Source: an uncultured Candidatus Saccharibacteria bacterium
GTDB taxonomy: Bacteria; Patescibacteriota; Minisyncoccia; Minisyncoccales; JANBVM01
DNA length: 64,000 nucleotides
Assembly: GCA_964493485.1 (NCBI GenBank)
Contig: CAZBMQ010000003.1
Location: 8,468-72,467 of the forward strand
Reading direction: 5' to 3'
Within the stretch, counting starts at the first letter, position 1; each line of letters opens with the position of its first letter. Made by a program: the position numbers and the translations under genes. The notes below the pieces were generated by a model. That model saw only the letters and a list, made by a program, of their open reading frames with translations, did not search any database and was not told where the DNA came from. Positions 31,159-39,621 of the stretch are shown one piece after another.

Positions 31159-31687
31159 ACCAATTTGATAAATCTTCTACTACTTCTATGCTATGACTCC
31201 TTTCTCTCTCCTGCCATTCTACTATTACTTTCACTTCCATTTTATCAGACCCTTTTGGGGTAATAATTATTTTTCTTTTGAACTTTGTAGGTGTACCAGA
31301 GTCATAGCTGTAGAATCCATTTGTGTCAATATTAAGATATCTAAGATTGGAAGAATTACAATTTGAAACATTTGTCAAAGAAGTATAGATCTTATAGTCT
31401 CCCTCACAACAATTTGGAGATTGACAATTAGTAAGACCATCGTCCCAAGATACAGAGCTGGATCTTGACTCAAGCCAGTTGCTATCTCTGATATTTCTTA
31501 CTATTTCTATTCCTTCTTGAGCTAAATAAGCAGCAGTCACTTTAAGTTCAACCATTGAGGCGCCGGAAAGACTCTGACGGAGCAAAGCAAAAGCGCCTCC
31601 TATTCCTACAGTAAGAATAAAAATAGCAGTAATTACTTCCAAAAGAGTAAATCCTAACTTTTCTTTTTTGGGTAAGTATTCATTCAT
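31148..31687 (-). CDS. Prepilin-type minor pilin
   Basis: MNEYLPKKEKLGFTLLEVITAIFILTVG. The ATG at 31687 is preferred over the overlapping ORF-track start at 31738. Confidence 0.7.
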   Translation of the reverse strand: MNEYLPKKEKLGFTLLEVITAIFILTVGIGGAFALLRQSLSGASMVELKVTAAYLAQEGIEIVRNIRDSNWLESRSSSVSWDDGLTNCQSPNCCEGDYKIYTSLTNVSNCNSSNLRYLNIDTNGFYSYDSGTPTKFKRKIIITPKGSDKMEVKVIVEWQERERSHSIEVVEDLSNWYER

Positions 31688-31724
31688 TTTTTGCTCTTTG
31701 ATTATTATATAAAAAATACAACTT

Positions 31725-32300
31725 TTAATCGATATCAATTAAGCCTGCTTTATTTATAGTAATAGTTCTGGTCTTTGAGTAATCTGTTTCTAAAGCAAAT
31801 GTAATCTTTGTCTCTGTACCATTGTCTGACTGAATCCTTTTTATTTTTATCACGGGGTCTGGAGGCCTGAAATTGATAGAAATCTGATTAGAATCTATAG
31901 AATCCATCTTTATATCTATAATCACCACCCCCTTTTCTAATTCTATTGTTTCTATCTCCTCTCCTGCGGTATAAATCTCATCTCCGTTCTCATCTGCATA
32001 CAAAATATAAGATGTATTATTGGGAGATGTATCTCTGAAATAAATCCCATAGCCCGGGGGAACTCCCCCTCCACATTCTTGGCATTCCATACCTGACATA
32101 GTTTTCTCTTGAGCAACCCTTATATCTTGAGAAACCTGGTGAACTGCTCTGTTTAATGAAAATTCTCTTTCTCCCATTCTATAGCTTGCCAGTACAAAAG
32201 TAGTCAAAATAATAATCATTCCTGAGACAACCAAAAGCTCTACCAAAGTGAATCCTTTATATCTTCTTTTTAAATCATATTTTTTTATTAATTCAAACAT
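31725..32300 (-). CDS. Prepilin-type minor pilin (GspH/FimT-like)
   Basis: KGFTLVELLVVSGMIIILTTFVL. Confidence 0.7.
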   Translation of the reverse strand: MFELIKKYDLKRRYKGFTLVELLVVSGMIIILTTFVLASYRMGEREFSLNRAVHQVSQDIRVAQEKTMSGMECQECGGGVPPGYGIYFRDTSPNNTSYILYADENGDEIYTAGEEIETIELEKGVVIIDIKMDSIDSNQISINFRPPDPVIKIKRIQSDNGTETKITFALETDYSKTRTITINKAGLIDID

Positions 32301-32316
32301 TTACTTTTAAAATATA

Positions 32317-34845
32317 TTACGGAGAAATCTCACGCCATTGAGGAAGAGGAACTGTAACATACAACTTGTATGAAACCTGGTCTGATCTTCCATTTTGGTC
32401 AACAACTGAGAGGGTAACAAGACCTGAATTAGAGCTTAAAGCTTCAAATGTAGCTGAAGGATTTTGGGCGTTGCTTGTAGATGGAGTACCGTCTGTAAAT
32501 GTCCAGCTCCAAGAAGTAATAGGCCAGTAGCCGCCTGATGTGTTTTCAGAACCTGTGGAGGTGTCTTTGAAATACACCCTTGCTCCTTCTGATACCTTGA
32601 AACCATCACAGCTCTGCCAACCTGAGTCAGGTTTCAAGGAACATTCAAAGTCTGCGATGATGTCTTGGCTAACATAAAAATCATGAGTTGTGGCATCTGT
32701 CGAACCTGCTGTATCTTCAACCTCCAGTTCAGCATAATACCACTGACTGGCAGGCATATTGGCAGGTAAGGTTATATCACAAATTGCTTCATTTTGTCCT
32801 GAGGTCAACATATTATCTGTGCATACTGTATAATCCTCTTGATATGGGGTCCCTCCCTGATAAAAGATAGACCATGTAGAAGTGACAATATCGTTGTTAT
32901 CGTCTGGATCAAGATAGGATCTTTCATAACTATATGCTACTCCGCAGTTTGGACATTCAATATCAGAATTATAACTACCAGCTACAACATCAGGATAGCA
33001 TTCATTTTCATCTTGATATCTCACACATCCTACTGATACATTGCGGAATCCAAACAAAGCACTGCTGTCGCTGCCGGGATACTCAATATATATATCATAG
33101 TCCTTATCCATTGAAGAAGAACCAAAATATATATACACTGCTCCACAATCTGAACATTTTGCGTCAGAATAAGGAGCGCCTACCACCACATCATCATAGT
33201 TGTCTTTATTAATATCTTCTGCAAAAACTGCACTTCCAAAATCAATAAGATTTAAAAGAGAACCAGGTTCATTTCTTGGATATTCAAGATATACATCATA
33301 ATCGCTGTCCATTGAACTTCCTCCATAATATACATACACAGCTCCACAATAAGTGCATTTGACATCAGACCAATTGGCGCCAGAAATCACATCATCATAG
33401 CCATCATTATTTACATCTCCTGCAGCAACTGAAAAACCCAAATGAGCAATATCACTTCCTGGATATCTTAAATAAACATCATAATTGCCATCCATCGAAG
33501 AAGAACCATAATAAACAAATACAGCTCCACCGTCACTACACTCATAATCAGAAAGAGAAGCTCCCACTATTGCATCATCATAACCATCATTATTTACATC
33601 TCCTGCAGCAGCAGCTTCTCCCAATCTCGCAGTTGAATCATTCCAAGGATATTGAAGATATACATCAGAGGTAGCTGTGGCTGAAAGAAAAGCAGAGCCG
33701 AAATAAATATAAGCTGCACCACAGTCAGTGCACTTTGTATCATCAGTAAACGCTGTAACTATCACATCGTCAAAATTGTCATTATTAAAATCGCCAAAAT
33801 ACACTGATTTACCAAAATTTCCTATTAAAGAATCACTGTCTGTTCTTGAATACTCAAGATACACATCATAATCGCCATCCATTGGATTGCCTCCATAAAA
33901 AATATAAGCTGCCCCGCAATCAGTGCATTTTGCGTCAGATTTAGGAGCCCCAACAACTACATCATCATAGCCATCATTATTAATATCTCCACCTGAAAAC
34001 ACTATATAACCAAATTCTGAACCAGCATCATTTTTAGGATATTTAAGATATAGGTCTGGACTAGAAGTAGAGGGCATTGAATTAGAGCCATAAAAAACAT
34101 ATACAGCTCCGCTATCTGTGTAATCTGCATCAGCATAAGGAGCACCTACAATAATATCTTTGTAACCATCATTATTCAGATCTCCCGTAGCAGATACAGC
34201 AAGTCCATACTGAGAATTATCTGTCAAGGGATATTTAAGGTAGATATTGTGGACAGAATAAAAATCAGTAGATTGGTTTATTAAATTAAAAATACAGTCT
34301 TTATTGTATGTTCCCCATACACCGTTGCAAGCAGCGCCTTGACATAAAGAACCATCACAGGAAAAAGCAGCTGTGGGAGGAGTATTTTCTGGAGCTCCTC
34401 CTCCTTCACTTACATCAACTTCTTTAGCACAATTAGCCGGGCAGTTTCCCGGATCACCTGACCAATTTCCATCATTATCCTGTACCCTTAATTTGGCACA
34501 AAAAGTCCCTGTAGTAGTATAAGTATGTTTTACAGTATCGCTAGTGGTTGTTATTTTTGGAGAACCATCTCCAAAATCAAATTCATACTGAGTTATTGTG
34601 CCATCAGTATCATGACCTGACCCTGTAAATGTAACCTGTAATGGAGGCAAACCGTTAGCAGGAGTTCTTGATAAAGAATCGCAAACAGGAGGAATAGTAT
34701 ATCCTACTGTTACCTTTACATAATCTGTCGCTAAATCATAATCTATTGATATTACGGCTTTGACAGCAAAGCTCTTTAATAGAAAACTACCTATTATTAA
34801 CAAGAAGATGCTCCATATTAAATTCTTTGATTTCTTAAAAAACAT
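32317..34845 (-). CDS. Giant secreted surface protein: N-terminal PKD domain, ~7 FG-GAP/integrin-alpha-like repeats, C-terminal PKD module
   Basis: Signal/TM N-terminus. PKD motif (VTFTGSGHDTDGTITQYEFDFGDGS). Repeated units (DLNNDGYKDIIVGAP, DINNDGYDDVVVGAP, DVNNDGYDDAIVGAS, ...). Its C-terminal 103 aa are identical to those of the protein at 40717..42531. Confidence 0.7.
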   Translation of the reverse strand: MFFKKSKNLIWSIFLLIIGSFLLKSFAVKAVISIDYDLATDYVKVTVGYTIPPVCDSLSRTPANGLPPLQVTFTGSGHDTDGTITQYEFDFGDGSPKITTTSDTVKHTYTTTGTFCAKLRVQDNDGNWSGDPGNCPANCAKEVDVSEGGGAPENTPPTAAFSCDGSLCQGAACNGVWGTYNKDCIFNLINQSTDFYSVHNIYLKYPLTDNSQYGLAVSATGDLNNDGYKDIIVGAPYADADYTDSGAVYVFYGSNSMPSTSSPDLYLKYPKNDAGSEFGYIVFSGGDINNDGYDDVVVGAPKSDAKCTDCGAAYIFYGGNPMDGDYDVYLEYSRTDSDSLIGNFGKSVYFGDFNNDNFDDVIVTAFTDDTKCTDCGAAYIYFGSAFLSATATSDVYLQYPWNDSTARLGEAAAAGDVNNDGYDDAIVGASLSDYECSDGGAVFVYYGSSSMDGNYDVYLRYPGSDIAHLGFSVAAGDVNNDGYDDVISGANWSDVKCTYCGAVYVYYGGSSMDSDYDVYLEYPRNEPGSLLNLIDFGSAVFAEDINKDNYDDVVVGAPYSDAKCSDCGAVYIYFGSSSMDKDYDIYIEYPGSDSSALFGFRNVSVGCVRYQDENECYPDVVAGSYNSDIECPNCGVAYSYERSYLDPDDNNDIVTSTWSIFYQGGTPYQEDYTVCTDNMLTSGQNEAICDITLPANMPASQWYYAELEVEDTAGSTDATTHDFYVSQDIIADFECSLKPDSGWQSCDGFKVSEGARVYFKDTSTGSENTSGGYWPITSWSWTFTDGTPSTSNAQNPSATFEALSSNSGLVTLSVVDQNGRSDQVSYKLYVTVPLPQWREISP
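32359..32667. repeat. 309-bp perfect direct repeat, copy A (encodes the shared C-terminal PKD module)
   Basis: Checked line by line against 40762..41070 at a constant offset of 8403 nt. No mismatches or indels were seen. Confidence 0.85.
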
Positions 34846-34852
34846 AAAATCT

Positions 34853-35641
34853 CTATTTACATGTATTGGTATATTGAATAATAGCTCCTAATGCCAGCAC
34901 AGTGGTATGAGGACTATCAGCCCAACTTCCATTTTCTTTTTGACATTTTAAAATATTTTCAATCCATTCTTGCTTCACAGGAAACCCCGCATATCCAAGA
35001 AATAAAGCTCTTTCACAATATACATCTAAAAAAGCTATATTATTGCAAAAAATAGAAAAATCTTCTTGTTTCGTATCTTTATCCTCAGCTGCTATCAATT
35101 CTTTGGCTAATTCTTTCATTAATGGATCTAAAGTATTTCCATAGCATCCTTTTTCTTTCATTAAAGACAATGCGTGTAAAAGATGAATTGAATTATATCT
35201 TACATCCCTTTCTACTTCATTTATATCCTTTAACACTTCATTATAATCAATATTTTTGCAACACATAGCTTTTATTGTAATTCGTTCAAGTAAAGAAAAG
35301 AAGGATATTTCTTTTAGTAGCTCAGAGATATTCTGATTTCTACAAGAAGAATTGTAAAGCTCAAAAAAAAGCTTTTTGTTGCTATTTTCCTCTGCACTCT
35401 TTATCTTCCAAAGCTCCTCTAGTCTCTCATCATGGCATATTTTATTAAGTTTTTGAATTAAAAGAATTATTCCTACATCAAACTTTTTTTCTGTAGTTAA
35501 AAGAAAAACTATTCCTTTCTCAATTGCGCTGCTGCTTTGTCTCTTAAAGGGTTCCGAATAATTAATTACCAACCAAAACAATATTCCTAATATTAATAAT
35601 GGGCCTAAAAGTAAAAGTATGTGTTTTATTGTAAACTTCAT
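34853..35641 (-). CDS. Hypothetical membrane-anchored protein (262 aa) with a weak prenyltransferase/squalene-cyclase-like repeat at the C-terminus
   Basis: N-terminal TM. The C-terminal segment QKENGSWADSPHTTVLALGAI resembles a Q..dGgW...T..AL repeat. The match is weak. Confidence 0.3.
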   Translation of the reverse strand: MKFTIKHILLLLGPLLILGILFWLVINYSEPFKRQSSSAIEKGIVFLLTTEKKFDVGIILLIQKLNKICHDERLEELWKIKSAEENSNKKLFFELYNSSCRNQNISELLKEISFFSLLERITIKAMCCKNIDYNEVLKDINEVERDVRYNSIHLLHALSLMKEKGCYGNTLDPLMKELAKELIAAEDKDTKQEDFSIFCNNIAFLDVYCERALFLGYAGFPVKQEWIENILKCQKENGSWADSPHTTVLALGAIIQYTNTCK

Positions 35642-35655
35642 TTTAATTTATTCTA

Positions 35656-37986
35656 CTAATACTGACATACACAATATCTCCAATAACCTGAGACAGATGC
35701 GTTACAACTTTGAGAGTATGAGCTATCTCTAGCCCAACATTCTTTGTTTCCCCATGCATCAGCTTTTACCATAGGCTGAGCTGCATTAACACCATTAGAA
35801 TGACAAAGAGAACATCCTCCTAGATTACAACAAACTGTACAATTATTATCGTCATTCCAATTAGCTTGTACACATCCACCGTAATTAGAACAAAGTCCTT
35901 CACATGTTCCTCCTTGAGCTGACATTCGCCAACAAGCCTTTCCTCCCTGCCCTGCACAGCCGTTACATCCATCATCATAGAAATACACATTCCCTTCACA
36001 TACCCTACAAACTCCCTGATAACATCTTGCATTACTTCCTGTGCACATATAATAATTACTTCCCCAATTTGAAGTAACATCAACATCGCATCTCCCAGAA
36101 CCACCACATGTTTTACATACTGCACATCCTATCTCAATGGTAGTTATACAACCATCTCCCACCTTATATGCTGTCTCTGCAATTGCAGTACCAGGAAATG
36201 CATACCAATCGCTATAACGAACTCTTCCTGCATCAGTACACTTACTGCTACCCGCCAAACAACCTCTATAATATCTTTGAGCTGAACAAGCATAGGTAAC
36301 ACAATCTATTGTTCTATCACAATAAATGCTTGATGAAGGATTTATTTCGCTCCCAGCACTACACACTTTTCCGGATGTCGAAAGATAGGCAATACTATCT
36401 CCTACATCAGGTCCTGCTGCACCTCCTGAACCGTCGCAAGCAAGTTTATCTCTTTTCTTTTGGCAAGCGCCAACACAACCATTGAATGAAGATAAACTAG
36501 AATAATAAGTATCTGAACCTGTAGCTTCCTGTCCCGCTCCTATACAAACATATCCTGCGGCAATATTTACAACATCATCCTCTCCTGTATCATATGCACA
36601 GTTATGAGAAGCATCACACCTTAATTTGTCTCTTTGCTTCTGACAGGTATAAGGAGAACCCTCACCTGTGCACGCGTTGAAATCAGAATATCCGCATACT
36701 GCAATGCCTGTTGTACCACAAGTATCAGTAAGTGTATATCCTTCTTGAGCATAAACTGCACGTGAATAAGCATCAGTATGGTCTGTGGGCGCTCTACAGC
36801 TTCCAGAACCGTTACAAGAGATAAACCACTCAGTAGCTGAACAATCCCCATCATCACAATCTTCATCATAATTACAATAAGCAGAAGGAGAAACTGGTGT
36901 CTCCTGTCCTGCCCCTGTACATACATAGCCTGACCTCACATAGGTTGTGGCACCTGAGGATTCGCAAGAACCAGCTCCATCACAATTACCAGTAGTCTGT
37001 CCAATTGTACATTCATTAATACAACTCATAGTAATGTCGCATTGGTTTCCGGGATCAGTACCGGCTGTCGCATATCCACAAGAACCATTTTGACAAGCGC
37101 GACAGATACCTGTACATCCTTCATGCTGTTCATTATTAGGCCAATTTTCACAACTCCCACTTACGCAATGAGTACAATCCCCTGTACAATTGACTCCTTC
37201 GTCCCCTGTATAAGGCACTGAGCTAGTGCTCACTCCATCACAATAATAACAAACACTACTCACCTCTATGTTTTGGTTCACTGGCCGCACGGTACAATAT
37301 CCATCTGAACCAATACCACTACAGGCTTCACAGTCTCCTGTACAAGGACCATCACAACACACCCCATCTACACAATATCCGGAAATACATTCACCCGAAG
37401 AACCGCAAGACTCTCCCAATGAAAGACCCGGCCTAGGACTAGAAACCATAATAGTTAAATGTTTGGTAGTAGGATCAATATAATCTGCAATATTGGTTGT
37501 AATATTGCCTAATAAAGTATCATCTATCTGCTGAGTAAAATCTTTACTATCCAATTCTTCCCAATTGTTTGTATTCCTGTTCCAAATATAAAAATAAGTA
37601 ACTGCATTCTGATCAATCCCTCCATATCCCTCCCATTCAAAATCTAACGAAGTAATATTATTTATGTTCTCGTTTATGGTAAATGTAAAGATATGAGTAT
37701 TCCATTGATTTGGTGGAGGAAGCAAAAGCTCCCATCTTGAATCATCGCTTGAAGAGATAGCATTATACTCTCCAGAGAGAGCTTCTGTATCATAGTCACT
37801 TGGATCTGATGGCTGACTTCCTTGTTTTCTATAAGCCCATTTGTCTACTCCAGCATTTGAAGAAAAATCATACATGCTTGTGGCTGCAAAAACCCTAAAA
37901 GAAAATCCAAATATGCCTAGAACAAATAAGACAAGAATTAGATAAATAATAACAATGTCAGTTTTGAATCTCAGAAATTTAAACAT
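35656..37986 (-). CDS. Large secreted cysteine-rich protein (776 aa) with internally duplicated Cys-rich modules
   Basis: Signal peptide (FGFSFRVFA). A Cys-free domain of ~150 aa. The remainder is packed with CxxC/CxxxC spacings (e.g. CTGDCEACSG, CTGDCTHCVSGSC, CTGICRACQNGSC). Internal duplication: CQKQRDKLRCD... vs CQKKRDKLACD.... Confidence 0.6.
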   Translation of the reverse strand: MFKFLRFKTDIVIIYLILVLFVLGIFGFSFRVFAATSMYDFSSNAGVDKWAYRKQGSQPSDPSDYDTEALSGEYNAISSSDDSRWELLLPPPNQWNTHIFTFTINENINNITSLDFEWEGYGGIDQNAVTYFYIWNRNTNNWEELDSKDFTQQIDDTLLGNITTNIADYIDPTTKHLTIMVSSPRPGLSLGESCGSSGECISGYCVDGVCCDGPCTGDCEACSGIGSDGYCTVRPVNQNIEVSSVCYYCDGVSTSSVPYTGDEGVNCTGDCTHCVSGSCENWPNNEQHEGCTGICRACQNGSCGYATAGTDPGNQCDITMSCINECTIGQTTGNCDGAGSCESSGATTYVRSGYVCTGAGQETPVSPSAYCNYDEDCDDGDCSATEWFISCNGSGSCRAPTDHTDAYSRAVYAQEGYTLTDTCGTTGIAVCGYSDFNACTGEGSPYTCQKQRDKLRCDASHNCAYDTGEDDVVNIAAGYVCIGAGQEATGSDTYYSSLSSFNGCVGACQKKRDKLACDGSGGAAGPDVGDSIAYLSTSGKVCSAGSEINPSSSIYCDRTIDCVTYACSAQRYYRGCLAGSSKCTDAGRVRYSDWYAFPGTAIAETAYKVGDGCITTIEIGCAVCKTCGGSGRCDVDVTSNWGSNYYMCTGSNARCYQGVCRVCEGNVYFYDDGCNGCAGQGGKACWRMSAQGGTCEGLCSNYGGCVQANWNDDNNCTVCCNLGGCSLCHSNGVNAAQPMVKADAWGNKECWARDSSYSQSCNASVSGYWRYCVCQY

Positions 37987-38087
37987 TCTATTTTTGCTAA
38001 CAATAAGTTATAATAACTCTAATAATTTAATTATCATTTCTTTTTCGTAATTATATCACAATAACAAAAATCAAAAAACTTAATAAA

Positions 38088-39614
38088 ATGTTTTTGAAAA
38101 AGATTGAAAAACTAATATTCAGAATTGAAAATTCAAAAGTTCCTTTTGCTTATTTTTTATCTACATTCTTCTTTTTAATTATTTTTAGATATTTTTTAGA
38201 AATGTTCTCTACTGACTTTTTATTCTCTCCATCTGATTTTTATCATATTTTTCTTTTTTTTCTCTCATGTCTCTTAACATTTGTTTTATTGTTCCATTTC
38301 AGTACGAAAGAAAATATAGAAAAGATAGTACGGTTTCTTTTCCTCTCTTTTGGTGTTATACTTCTTACTCCATTATTAGATATAATTCTCACTAAAGGAA
38401 AAGGTTATAAAATGACATATATTCTTCCAGGAGTCCACAAAAATCTACTCTTAAGATTTCTCACTTTTGGGGGATCTTTTCACAAAGACGGTTTATCTCC
38501 TGGTATAAAAATAGAAGTAGGATTAATTCTGTTGGGATGCTTTGTTTATTTTTTAATAAAGAACAAAAATATCTTCAAAAGCTTATTTTTTACATTTTTT
38601 GCATATCTTATTATATTTTTATTTGGAATTGCCCCATTTTTAGCAAAAGCATTTCTGCAGTTATTTAATTTACAATACAGGTTTTCAGCTTCCTTGATGA
38701 TAAATTTTTATCTCTTACTGCTCTTTATTTTAAGTATATGGATATTCTATCTTTACAATAAAAAATTCTGTATAGAAATATTTAAAGACATAAGACCATT
38801 TAGATTATTACACTATGAACTGATGTTTATGTTGGGATTTGTAATAAGAGAGGTTTCTTTTATGGGAGATAAGGCTCAATTTTCACAAGAGCTTTTGTTT
38901 TCATGGATATTTATAATAATTGCAATAATGTATGCAGGTTTATTCTCTGGTATTACGAACAACTTAGCAGATTATGAAATAGATAAAATAAGCAACCCAA
39001 ACAGGCCTACAGTTGCTAATACCATTCCGATAAAGGAATATAAAATGCTTTCTGGTGTCTTCCTGATGCTCGCAATAATCTATTCTCTTGCAGCAAGTTA
39101 TATGAGTTTGTTTTTAATCTTATTATTAATAGGGAGCTACTTTTTATATTCAGTTCCACCCTTAAGATTAAAAAGAATCACATTTTTTTCAAAAATTCTT
39201 ATTTCTCTCAATGCAATCACAGTAATGATGCTTGGTTATAGTCTCAATAGCATTAATTACAGCATATTTCTTCCTTCTAAAATCATTTTCTTTTCTTTAA
39301 TATTTTTAACAGCCAGTATTAATTTCATTGATATTAAAGATTACAAGGGAGACAAAAAAGCAGGGATTAAAACCCTGCCGGTTATTCTTGGGTTAGAAAA
39401 AAGTAAAAAAGTCATTGGGCTGTTTTTTCTTATTTCTTATCTTGCTTTTTATTTTCTTTTAAAGGATAATTTCTTGCTGCCTTTTTTGATTTTATTTGGT
39501 ATTATTGAGTTTCTTCTTATCAATCGAAAAAAATATAACGAAAAACCAGTATTTTTGGTTTATTTATTAAGTGTAATCTCATTAATTATCTATCTCCTTT
39601 TTTTTAACTTTTAA
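38088..39614 (+). CDS. Polytopic membrane protein: unknown N-terminal ~250-aa multi-TM domain fused to a UbiA-family prenyltransferase domain
   Basis: First UbiA Asp-rich motif NNLADYEIDKISNPNRP (NDxxDxxxD-like). Second motif DIKDYKGDKKAGIKTLPVILG (DxxDxxxD...GxxT). 508 aa with about 14 hydrophobic segments. Confidence 0.65.
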   Translation: MFLKKIEKLIFRIENSKVPFAYFLSTFFFLIIFRYFLEMFSTDFLFSPSDFYHIFLFFLSCLLTFVLLFHFSTKENIEKIVRFLFLSFGVILLTPLLDIILTKGKGYKMTYILPGVHKNLLLRFLTFGGSFHKDGLSPGIKIEVGLILLGCFVYFLIKNKNIFKSLFFTFFAYLIIFLFGIAPFLAKAFLQLFNLQYRFSASLMINFYLLLLFILSIWIFYLYNKKFCIEIFKDIRPFRLLHYELMFMLGFVIREVSFMGDKAQFSQELLFSWIFIIIAIMYAGLFSGITNNLADYEIDKISNPNRPTVANTIPIKEYKMLSGVFLMLAIIYSLAASYMSLFLILLLIGSYFLYSVPPLRLKRITFFSKILISLNAITVMMLGYSLNSINYSIFLPSKIIFFSLIFLTASINFIDIKDYKGDKKAGIKTLPVILGLEKSKKVIGLFFLISYLAFYFLLKDNFLLPFLILFGIIEFLLINRKKYNEKPVFLVYLLSVISLIIYLLFFNF

Positions 39615-39621
39615 ACTCTTA

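Noticed and set aside
35820-37483. Short ORFs inside or antisense to the Cys-rich giant gene (35820-36125, 36621-36926, 37268-37483)
   Set aside because: They overlap a long, internally consistent coding frame with signal peptide; shadow ORFs.
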